64,000 bases of DNA, from the NCBI GenBank assembly GCA_947482345.1, contig CANKJN010000002.1, positions 2,122 through 66,121 of the forward strand, in the 5' to 3' direction. The stretch's first letter is position 1; each line of letters opens with the position of its first letter. Of the stretch, positions 24,500 through 33,128 are shown in pieces. Below the pieces are notes generated by a model. It was not told the DNA's origin. It saw only the letters and a program-made list of their open reading frames with translations, and did not search any database. Made by a program: the position numbers and the translations under genes. The DNA is from Spartobacteria bacterium. GTDB lineage: Bacteria; Verrucomicrobiota; Verrucomicrobiia; Chthoniobacterales; UBA6821.

Positions 24500-25146
24500 G
24501 CCGCTGTTCCCCCATGGAAGGGATGGTTTCCGATGCGCGGTGGATTGCCTGCCCCAACTGCGAGGCTCCGTGCCTGGAGCGGGAACCCGCGGCGGGTCAG
24601 GAACTGCGTTGTTCCCGGTGTGGCACGACAGTTCTGGAACACATCGGCAAGAAGACCCTGCAACCCTCAATGGCTCTCTCGATCGCGGGACTCTTCGCGC
24701 TCCTGCTGGCCAATACCAACCCCGTCCTGAGTTTCGACGTTGCCGGCAGGGTCCAGTCGGAGCACATCATCACTGGGGTGGAGGAACTCATCAATCAGGG
24801 ATACTGGCCCATAGCGGTTCTGGTTTTTCTGGCCGGGATCCTCGCGCCGGCGCTGCATCTCGGCTCCGTGGCCTATGTCTCCACGGCCTGCTGTCTGAAG
24901 ATCCCCTTTCCCTGGATCCCGGTGGCGTTAAGGGTTTCTGAGCTTGCCGAGCCATTCAACCTGATGCCGGTCTATTCGATCGCGACCGTGGTCTCGGTTG
25001 TGAAGCTCCGGATGCTCGGCGCGGTGGAATGGGAGTTCGGCGCCCGATGGGTCCTTGGCGTCGCCCTCTTCTCCCTGTTTGCACAGCAGACATTCAACCG
25101 GAGGCTGGTGAAGGCGCGGTTGGAAAACATGGGGGTGGCCGCTTGA
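24496..25146 (+). CDS. pqiA: PqiA-family membrane protein, N-terminal-half homologue
   Basis: It has the zinc-ribbon-like CPNCEAPC...CSRCG followed by 4 TM segments typical of a PqiA repeat. The start is TTG 24496 (overlapping the rpiB stop) or ATG 24514. Confidence 0.7.
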   Translation: MSRCSPMEGMVSDARWIACPNCEAPCLEREPAAGQELRCSRCGTTVLEHIGKKTLQPSMALSIAGLFALLLANTNPVLSFDVAGRVQSEHIITGVEELINQGYWPIAVLVFLAGILAPALHLGSVAYVSTACCLKIPFPWIPVALRVSELAEPFNLMPVYSIATVVSVVKLRMLGAVEWEFGARWVLGVALFSLFAQQTFNRRLVKARLENMGVAA

Positions 25147-25148
25147 AG

Positions 25149-25640
25149 ATGTCCGACCGCTTCCGTCTGGAGATCGCCCGTGCCCTCGTTGTCACCGGCG
25201 CCCTGCTCTACATCCCCTCCAATGTCCTCCCGGTGATGACGATGACCATCGTCGGGAAGTCGGAGCCCCTCACCGTGCTCGGAGGGGTCAGGGAACTGTG
25301 GGACTCGAACCTTCCGCTCATCGCCGGGGTTGTCTTTCTGGCAAGCTTCGTCGTTCCCTTCCTGAAGCTCGCCACGCTTGGCTGGATCCTTTTCCTTCAC
25401 GGCACCGACAGGCACCGTGCCCGCAGGAACTCCCTGCACGCCATCGTCCACCGCATCGGCAGTTGGTCGATGATCGATATTTTCCTGCTCTCGGTTCTGG
25501 CGGCGGTGGGTCAGCTTGGGGCGCTCGCCAGTGTCACTGCGGAACCGGGGGCGATCTTCTTCTGCATCGTGATGGTGAGTTGCCTGCTTGCGGCGGAAAT
25601 TTACAAGCCGCGCCTGATCTGGGAGACTCCAACAACTTGA
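25149..25640 (+). CDS. pqiA: PqiA-family membrane protein, C-terminal-half homologue
   Basis: It contains YIPSNVLPVMT...WSMIDIFLLSVL, a second PqiA repeat. ATG 25149 lies 2 nt after the previous stop. Confidence 0.7.
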   Translation: MSDRFRLEIARALVVTGALLYIPSNVLPVMTMTIVGKSEPLTVLGGVRELWDSNLPLIAGVVFLASFVVPFLKLATLGWILFLHGTDRHRARRNSLHAIVHRIGSWSMIDIFLLSVLAAVGQLGALASVTAEPGAIFFCIVMVSCLLAAEIYKPRLIWETPTT

Positions 25641-25642
25641 AC

Positions 25643-27241
25643 ATGACGAACAAAAGCTCCAGCAACCCCGAAGATCACGGCGTCATCGCCCCCCGGCGCG
25701 GATTCCGTCTCTCGTGGGTCTGGCTTTTCCCTCTCATGGCGGCCTTTGCGGCAAGCGTGATGTTTTACAGGAACTGGCGGGAGGATGGGCCCACGGTCTA
25801 CGTGCAGTTTGACTCGGCTCCGGGGATGAAGCCCGAGAAGACGCTTCTCATCTACCGCGGAGTAGTTGCGGGAAGGGTGACCGGGGTTCAGCTCGACAAG
25901 AGCCTCGACAAGGCCTTGGTCAAAGTGAGGCTCAAGAAATACGCGGAGGACCTGGCCCGGGAGGGGACTGTCTTCTGGATCGACCAGCCGGTCTTCAACC
26001 TTGCGAAGCCTTCCGGCATCCAGTCCCTCATCGAGGGGAACTCCCTGCAGGCCAAGAAGGGAAGCGGCCAACCGGCTTATTATTTCGTGGGAAGCGACGA
26101 GGTACCCCTCGACCCGCTTGAGGGGGATCCCCTCACGATCAGGCTGACATCCACCAGGAATCCTTTTGTGGAGCGCGGATCCGAGGTGACATACCGCGGC
26201 ATCACCGTGGGGGCCGTTCGCAAGAAAGGGATCGACGAGCAGGGAATCCCGTATCTGGACGTCTCCGTGGCGAAACGCTACGCCGCACTCATCCGCTCGA
26301 ATGCCCGCTTCTGGATCCTCCCCCCGTTCACAATGAAGATGGGATCAGGGATCTTCGAGATCGATGTCGATTCGTTGAAGAACTTCCTGCTGGGCGGAAT
26401 CGCCGTGGATTATTTTGAAGCGGATCATGGCGCTCCCGTGGCCGAGGGATGCCAGTTCGCGCTCTTGGCCAACAAGGAGTCCGCGCTCGCCGTTTCTGAT
26501 CCCTTTGTCCTCGAGTTCAAAAATGCCCAAGGGATCCGCGAAGGGATGACCCAACTCCGTTACCTCGGGGTGCCGGTCGGACTGGTGGAGAAGGTGACCG
26601 CTTCCCAGGGAAAAGTGCTCGTCACCGCCAGACTGCAGGCCGGGTATGAGTCGCTGCGCCGCAAGGGATCTGTCTTTTCCATCATCAAGCCCCTGTTTGA
26701 ACTCCAGAAGGTGAGCGGTCTGGAGACTATCGTCAGCGGCATCTACATCGACTGCATTCCGGGTCCGGGAGGGGCGGTGGCCGACCGCTTTGCTGGAACG
26801 AACCAGGAGGATGCCGACATGATCGAATATGAGCAGGGGGGCTTCGAGGTGACGCTCCGCTCACCGGCCACCAAGATCAGCGCAGGGACTCCCGTCCTGT
26901 ACCGAGGTGTGCGCGTGGGCAAGATCACCCGCAAGGAACTGGCCAAGGGGGGCGGAGGGGTCAACCTGACCGCATCCATCAAGCGCGAGTACGCTTCCCT
27001 GCTCCGTGAGAACACCCGCTTCTGGAACGCGGGCGGGGTGAGGATCTCCGGCGGTCTGATCCAGCTCAATGTCCAGGCTTCGGCCCTCGAGTCACGGGCT
27101 CTCGGCGGCATCGAGTTTGCCACCCCGGAGGGTGCCGCCGCGGGCGGTGGCATCAAGGAGGGGCACCTCTACGATCTCTATGATGCTCCCAGAAAAGACT
27201 GGCTGCAGTGGCTTCCTCAGAACATTCCGGGAAAGAAATAG
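25643..27241 (+). CDS. pqiB: PqiB/MlaD-family multi-MCE-domain protein
   Basis: An N-terminal TM helix (LSWVWLFPLMAAFAASVMFY) is followed by three repeated MCE-like blocks (YRGVVAGRVTGV, YRGITVGAVRK, YRGVRVGKITRK). ATG 25643 within track ORF 25298..27241. Confidence 0.8.
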   Translation: MTNKSSSNPEDHGVIAPRRGFRLSWVWLFPLMAAFAASVMFYRNWREDGPTVYVQFDSAPGMKPEKTLLIYRGVVAGRVTGVQLDKSLDKALVKVRLKKYAEDLAREGTVFWIDQPVFNLAKPSGIQSLIEGNSLQAKKGSGQPAYYFVGSDEVPLDPLEGDPLTIRLTSTRNPFVERGSEVTYRGITVGAVRKKGIDEQGIPYLDVSVAKRYAALIRSNARFWILPPFTMKMGSGIFEIDVDSLKNFLLGGIAVDYFEADHGAPVAEGCQFALLANKESALAVSDPFVLEFKNAQGIREGMTQLRYLGVPVGLVEKVTASQGKVLVTARLQAGYESLRRKGSVFSIIKPLFELQKVSGLETIVSGIYIDCIPGPGGAVADRFAGTNQEDADMIEYEQGGFEVTLRSPATKISAGTPVLYRGVRVGKITRKELAKGGGGVNLTASIKREYASLLRENTRFWNAGGVRISGGLIQLNVQASALESRALGGIEFATPEGAAAGGGIKEGHLYDLYDAPRKDWLQWLPQNIPGKK

Positions 27242-27641
27242 TCGGAGGGGGAAGGGGAATTCAAAAAGCTGAAATCTGAAACCCTGAAAAGCTGATACTT
27301 GAAATAAACCCGGAATTTGCATTGGGAATTCCCGAGATCATGAGAGGCGGCGTTAAAAGAGTTAAAAAGTGAAAATGTTAAAACGTGGATCCGTGAGATC
27401 CTGAACTGAGATTTGGGAGCGGAATGTCAGGAAAACGTCGTCAAAAGATGCCTGCATCAGTTCAATTCGGCCTCGGACTTCAGCCCCTTGTAACCTTTTA
27501 ACGGTGTAACGCTTTTAACCCTTCCGGGACTCACCATCCGGGTGAACCGTTCCAACCTGTCAACACCGCTCTACTGCGCAATCTGGGATAAACTTCAAAC
27601 GGCCCTGCCCCCCAAATTCTTCCCAATTTTTTCCGAAAAAA

Positions 27642-27677
27642 GGGCGTTGGACTCATTTCTGAGCCAACGCCCTTTTT
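27642..27677. terminator. Bidirectional intrinsic terminator, most likely serving the cyclophilin gene
   Basis: AAAAAA-GGGCGTTGG-N13-CCAACGCCC-TTTTT is a 9-bp GC-rich stem flanked by an A-run and a T-run, about 70 nt downstream of the minus-strand stop at 27747. Confidence 0.75.
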
Positions 27678-27746
27678 GTGAATTTCTAGAGATGAATCAA
27701 AAACGCTCTAATAGCCTAAAAGACTTCAGTCTTCAGCCTATGGCGC

Positions 27747-28334
27747 TTACTTCCCGAGGACTTTGTTCCAGGCGGCGATCTGAGCGGATTGGGCGGCGAA
27801 TAGGGTTTCGGGGGAGTCGACAATCTCGACGCCGGTGATCTTGTCACCCTGCCTGATGGCGTTGACGATGTCCTGATCCTTCGCGCTGTCAACGGCGCCG
27901 AAGATGGCATGCTTGCCGTCGAGCCAGGGAGTCGGGACATGGGTCACGAAGAACTGGCTGCCGTTGGTGCCGGGGCCCGCGTTGGCCATGGAGAAGAGAC
28001 CGGGGCGGTCGTGCTTGAGGCCGGGGGCGAATTCGTCGGCGAACTTGTAGCCGGGGCCGCCCATACCGGTGCCGGTGGGATCGCCGCCCTGGATCATGAA
28101 GTCGGGGATGACGCGGTGAAAGGTGACGCCATCGTAGAAGCCTCGGCGGGAGAGATTGAGGAAGTTGGCGACAGTGATTGGGGCCTTGGTGGCGAAGAGC
28201 GTGGCGTGGATGTCACCCTTGGATGTCTTCATGACGATACGGATATCCTTGGGGGCGTCGGCCGGGTTTGCGGCTCCGGAAATACCGGGGGCCATGGAGA
28301 GAGTTGCGGAAAGGGCGAAAAGTGTCTTTTTCAT
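27747..28334 (-). CDS. Secreted cyclophilin-type peptidyl-prolyl cis-trans isomerase
   Basis: Signal peptide plus [15 protein letters not shown]...[18 protein letters not shown] cyclophilin motifs. Confidence 0.9.
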   Translation of the reverse strand: MKKTLFALSATLSMAPGISGAANPADAPKDIRIVMKTSKGDIHATLFATKAPITVANFLNLSRRGFYDGVTFHRVIPDFMIQGGDPTGTGMGGPGYKFADEFAPGLKHDRPGLFSMANAGPGTNGSQFFVTHVPTPWLDGKHAIFGAVDSAKDQDIVNAIRQGDKITGVEIVDSPETLFAAQSAQIAAWNKVLGK

Positions 28335-28361
28335 AAGGCTTCTATTGGGTAGCAGGGAGGG

Positions 28362-29336
<975 letters not shown>

Positions 29337-29469
29337 TCATCGCTTGAATAACTTGGCGGCAGGGGATGGATACGCTACCTGATCGGGTCAGGAATTGTTT
29401 CACCATGTTGCCAAAAAAATAAAATCACAGGGTGGCAATATCCCCCGAAATGGATAATTTTTACGATTT

Positions 29470-30588
29470 ATGAAAGTCGGAATGACATTGCTGCCGGCGC
29501 TCCTACTCTGCCCGGTTCTCTCGGTGATGGCGGACAGTATCAGCCTGAAGGATGGTAAGGTTCTGAACGGGGATGTTATCAATGACGGCCCCGATGGGGT
29601 GCTCATCGAGTATTTTGTCACCGCGACGATCAAGGACCAGAAACTCGTTGCCAAGGATGAGATCGCGATGATCTCGGTGACACCTCCCGATGAAAAGGCC
29701 TTCCAGGATCTCGGAAGTCTGGCGACACCGCAGACGATTCTCGACACCTCCTTCCATGACCAGTTGATCGAGAAGAAAATCCCCGAATACCTCAAACAGT
29801 ATCCCTATTCCCGCCATCTCACGGAACTACGAGAGGATCTTCGTTCCCTCGAGGCCGAGCGTGCGCGACTGCGACAGGGGGATCGGCGGATCGACGGCAC
29901 CTGGATCGAGGCCGCCAAGATCGAGGAGGATCCCTATCAGTTTGGGGCGAAAATCCAATTTGCCGAGATGAAGGACCAAATGCAGGCCAGGGATCTGGTT
30001 GGTGCATTGAAGTCCTATGAACTGCTTGAAAAGAAATATCCCGCTTCGGATGTGATTCCCGATGCCGTTGATGCCGCGTTAAATGAGATCAATTTGCTTC
30101 AGGGGAGGATCGGTCTGGCCAACGCAAACTTCGACATTTTCGAAAAACGCCGTCAGAAAACCCTGGCCAATGCGCGGGCCGATCAGGCCAAGGAACTCAA
30201 GGATGCCGTGGAAAAGGATGCGGCTCTCGCCAAGAAGGCGATAGCTGTAGCGTCGGCCGATGGGTCGAAATTTTTTCCGGTGTTCCAGAACAACAGGGAA
30301 GCGCTGGACGCTCTTCAGGAATTGGTCACCGCCGAAAAGACTCGTCTCATCCAACTACAGAAAACACCCATGAGGGAGGGGATCGCGGCATCCAAGGAAG
30401 CATCTCGCCTTCTGGCCGAGGGTAAACCTAAGGAAGCACAGGAACAGCTGACGCTTTCCCAAAAACTCTGGCCTGCCAACATAGAGAACGCCAAACTCAA
30501 GGAGCAGGTGGATCTATCGCTCAAGGCCCAAGCTGAGACCGCCAAGAAACAGGTTCCAACTCCATCACCATCCTCTTCAAAACCATGA
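29470..30588 (+). CDS. Secreted helical/coiled-coil protein of unknown function (372 aa)
   Basis: Signal peptide (LLLCPVLSVMA), a long helical K/E/A/Q-rich sequence, and ATGA overlap with hisB. Confidence 0.5.
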   Translation: MKVGMTLLPALLLCPVLSVMADSISLKDGKVLNGDVINDGPDGVLIEYFVTATIKDQKLVAKDEIAMISVTPPDEKAFQDLGSLATPQTILDTSFHDQLIEKKIPEYLKQYPYSRHLTELREDLRSLEAERARLRQGDRRIDGTWIEAAKIEEDPYQFGAKIQFAEMKDQMQARDLVGALKSYELLEKKYPASDVIPDAVDAALNEINLLQGRIGLANANFDIFEKRRQKTLANARADQAKELKDAVEKDAALAKKAIAVASADGSKFFPVFQNNREALDALQELVTAEKTRLIQLQKTPMREGIAASKEASRLLAEGKPKEAQEQLTLSQKLWPANIENAKLKEQVDLSLKAQAETAKKQVPTPSPSSSKP

Positions 30589-31181
30589 CTAAGCCCGCCC
30601 GCACCGCCACAGTCGATCGCAAGACCGGCGAGACCGACATCAAGCTGACCCTCTCCCTGGATGGGGCGGGAACCCCTGACATTCGCACGGGCATCCCGTT
30701 TTTTGACCACATGCTCACGCTCTTTGCCCGCCATGGTCTGCTCGACCTGACGGTGCTTGCCAAAGGGGATATCGAGGTCGATTACCACCACACGGTGGAG
30801 GATGTCGGTATCACCTTGGGGCAGGCTCTTGCCAAGGCACTTGGTGACAAGGCGGGAATCCGCCGTTACGGCCATGCCTATGTCCCGATGGATGAGGCTC
30901 TGGCTCGGGTCGTCGTCGATTGCAGCGGCCGCCCCTTCCTGGCTTACGAGGCTCCCCGCGGCGTCGAGGCGATCGGACTCTTCCCCTTCCAGCTCGTGGA
31001 GGAGTTCCTGCGTGCCGTCGCTGTCCAGGCAGGGCTTACCCTGCATGTCTCCATTCTGGCAGGCAGGGATGCCCATCACATGGCCGAGGCGATCTTCAAG
31101 GCGCTCGGACGCGCCCTTGATGTCGCTGTCTCCCGCGATGAGCGCGTGAAGGGAATCCCCAGCACCAAGGGAGTGCTGTGA
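30585..31181 (+). CDS. hisB: Imidazoleglycerol-phosphate dehydratase
   Basis: RKTGETDIKLTLSLDG...FFDHML...DYHHTVEDVGI...HHMAEAIFKA are the classical IGPD motifs. Confidence 0.9.
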   Translation: MTKPARTATVDRKTGETDIKLTLSLDGAGTPDIRTGIPFFDHMLTLFARHGLLDLTVLAKGDIEVDYHHTVEDVGITLGQALAKALGDKAGIRRYGHAYVPMDEALARVVVDCSGRPFLAYEAPRGVEAIGLFPFQLVEEFLRAVAVQAGLTLHVSILAGRDAHHMAEAIFKALGRALDVAVSRDERVKGIPSTKGVL

Positions 31182-31804
31182 GTTCCTCTCCGCTCCTCGG
31201 ACTTGTCGATTACGGCAGCGGAAACCTTCGTAGCGTCCGGCGTGCCCTCGAGCATGCCGGCGGAACATGTGTTCTTGTGCATAGTCCCGACGAGGCGGCC
31301 AAGTGCGATGCGCTTGTCGTGCCCGGCGTCGGGTCCTTCGGCGACTGCGCCCGCCAGTTGCGTGAGGTCGGGCTCTGGGATTTTCTCCGCGAATGGCTCG
31401 TGGCGGACCGCCCCTACCTCGGGATCTGCCTAGGATACCAACTGCTCTTCCAGTCGAGCGAAGAATCTCCCGGAGTGGAGGGGCTTGGTGCCCTCAAGGG
31501 CAAGGTTATCCATTTTCCGAAGGCCGCCGGACTCAAGATCCCCCACATGGGTTGGAACCAACTTCATATCACCGCCCCCTCGGATCGGCTGATGAAAGGG
31601 CTTGGAGAGAACCCCGACTTCTATTTTGTCCACTCCTACTACCCGGTGCCCGAAGATGCCTCGGTGATCACCTCGACCTGCGATTATGGTGTCGAGTTCG
31701 CATCCAGCGTCAGCCGTGGAAACCTGAGCGCCGTCCAGTTCCACCCCGAGAAGAGCCAGGCACTCGGTCTCTCCATGCTCCGGAACTTCATCACATCCCT
31801 GTAG
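31178..31804 (+). CDS. hisH: Imidazole glycerol phosphate synthase, glutamine amidotransferase subunit
   Basis: It contains DYGSGNLRSV, GICLGYQLL, HMGWN and QFHPEKS. Confidence 0.9.
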   Translation: MSSSPLLGLVDYGSGNLRSVRRALEHAGGTCVLVHSPDEAAKCDALVVPGVGSFGDCARQLREVGLWDFLREWLVADRPYLGICLGYQLLFQSSEESPGVEGLGALKGKVIHFPKAAGLKIPHMGWNQLHITAPSDRLMKGLGENPDFYFVHSYYPVPEDASVITSTCDYGVEFASSVSRGNLSAVQFHPEKSQALGLSMLRNFITSL

Positions 31805-31845
31805 TCAGCCTTTTACCTTTCACCTTTCACTTTTTATTTCCCACC

Positions 31846-32562
31846 ATGTTGCTCTATCCCGCCATTGATCTCATGGATGGTCAGGTCGTCCGCCTCGAGC
31901 GGGGACTGGCCGCCAAGAAAACCGTCTACAGCAATGATCCCGTGGCGATAGCCCTTCAATGGGAGGCTGCCGGCGCCGACTGGATTCATCTCGTCGATCT
32001 GGATGCGGCCTTCGAGGGAAAAAGCCGCAACCTCGATGTCATCCGCGCGATCACCAAAGCCGTCTCGGTTCCGTGCGAACTGGGTGGCGGGATGCGCGAC
32101 TCCGGATCAATCGAGGCCGGCCTCTCCACCGGGGTTCATCGGGTGATCATCGGCACCAAGGCGGCCGAACCCGGATTCCTTGCCGAGGCGGCGGGAGCCT
32201 TCGGTCCCTCCCGTCTTGCAGTTGGCATCGATGCCAAGGAGGGCAAGGTGGCCGTGAAGGGATGGGTCGAGACCATGGAACTCACGGCGCTCGATCTTGC
32301 CCGCGAAGCGGTGAATGCCGGGATCCGCACGATCATCTACACAGATATCGCGACAGACGGGATGCTTCAGGGACCGAACCTTGCCGCCATGCGCGAGATG
32401 GCTGCGGCGGTTCCGTGCGACCTGATCGCCAGCGGCGGCGTCTCCGGTCCCGAGGATATCCGTCAACTTGCGACCGTTCCCGGTATCCACGGAGCCATCA
32501 TAGGACGCGCCCTCTACGAGGGACGCATGCCCGCAGATCTTCGGAGTATCCTGAAGGTTTGA
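31846..32562 (+). CDS. hisA: ProFAR isomerase HisA
   Basis: It contains MLLYPAIDLMDGQVVRL...LVDLDAA...GGGMR...IIYTDIATDGMLQGPN...ASGGVS. ATG 31846 within track ORF 31393..32562. Confidence 0.9.
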   Translation: MLLYPAIDLMDGQVVRLERGLAAKKTVYSNDPVAIALQWEAAGADWIHLVDLDAAFEGKSRNLDVIRAITKAVSVPCELGGGMRDSGSIEAGLSTGVHRVIIGTKAAEPGFLAEAAGAFGPSRLAVGIDAKEGKVAVKGWVETMELTALDLAREAVNAGIRTIIYTDIATDGMLQGPNLAAMREMAAAVPCDLIASGGVSGPEDIRQLATVPGIHGAIIGRALYEGRMPADLRSILKV

Positions 32563-32582
32563 TCATCGGAGGGATGATCATC

Positions 32583-32632
32583 GGAAATCAGGAAAACAGG
32601 GGCTTTGATTCCCACCTGGATTCCTGATTTCC
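32583..32632. repeat. Inverted repeat GGAAATCAGGAA-N26-TTCCTGATTTCC between convergent hisA and the cytochrome b562-like gene
   Basis: Perfect 12-nt arms using the same word as the 16719..16795 repeat. Confidence 0.85.
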
Positions 32633-32696
32633 AATCTCAATTCCTAACAGTCTTCAGTCTTCAGTCTTCAGCCTAAAAGACTGACTTGCTGACACC

Positions 32697-33113
32697 TCAG
32701 TCTACCTTGAATTTCCCGTGGCCCTCTTTCTTGATCGAGTTCACGTTGGCTAGCAGAGACTTGGCCTTGTCGTACTGACCTGCTTTCACGGCCTCTTCGA
32801 CCTGATCGAACGCGACTGAGAGTTCATCGAGTTCTTGCCTGTAGTCGGACAGGAAGTTTTCACGCTTGTCGGCGGGGATGGAGGCGGTCTTCCGCGGCTC
32901 GAGGGTTTTGGAATCTGTCACCGCTTTCTTCAGGGCTTCGAGAAGGAGGATGTTCTCCTGCTGTTTGGCGGGATCGGCCACCTGCTGGGCGAGTTGTCGC
33001 ATCCCGCGGGCGAGGATCTTCATCTGCCCTTCAAGCGGTGAATCCACCTGAGCCTGCAGGAATGTCGGAAATGCGAGAAGCGCGAGGGTTGCGAGAAGAG
33101 GGAGATGTTTCAT
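32697..33113 (-). CDS. Periplasmic cytochrome b562-family four-helix-bundle protein
   Basis: It has a signal peptide. The mature sequence aligns along its length with E. coli CybC as I recall it (LEGQMKIL vs LEDNMETL; C-terminal KKEGHGKFK vs RNAYHKKYR), which conserves the Met and His haem ligands. Confidence 0.6.
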   Translation of the reverse strand: MKHLPLLATLALLAFPTFLQAQVDSPLEGQMKILARGMRQLAQQVADPAKQQENILLLEALKKAVTDSKTLEPRKTASIPADKRENFLSDYRQELDELSVAFDQVEEAVKAGQYDKAKSLLANVNSIKKEGHGKFKVD

Positions 33114-33128
33114 GGGAAGGAAGAGGAA

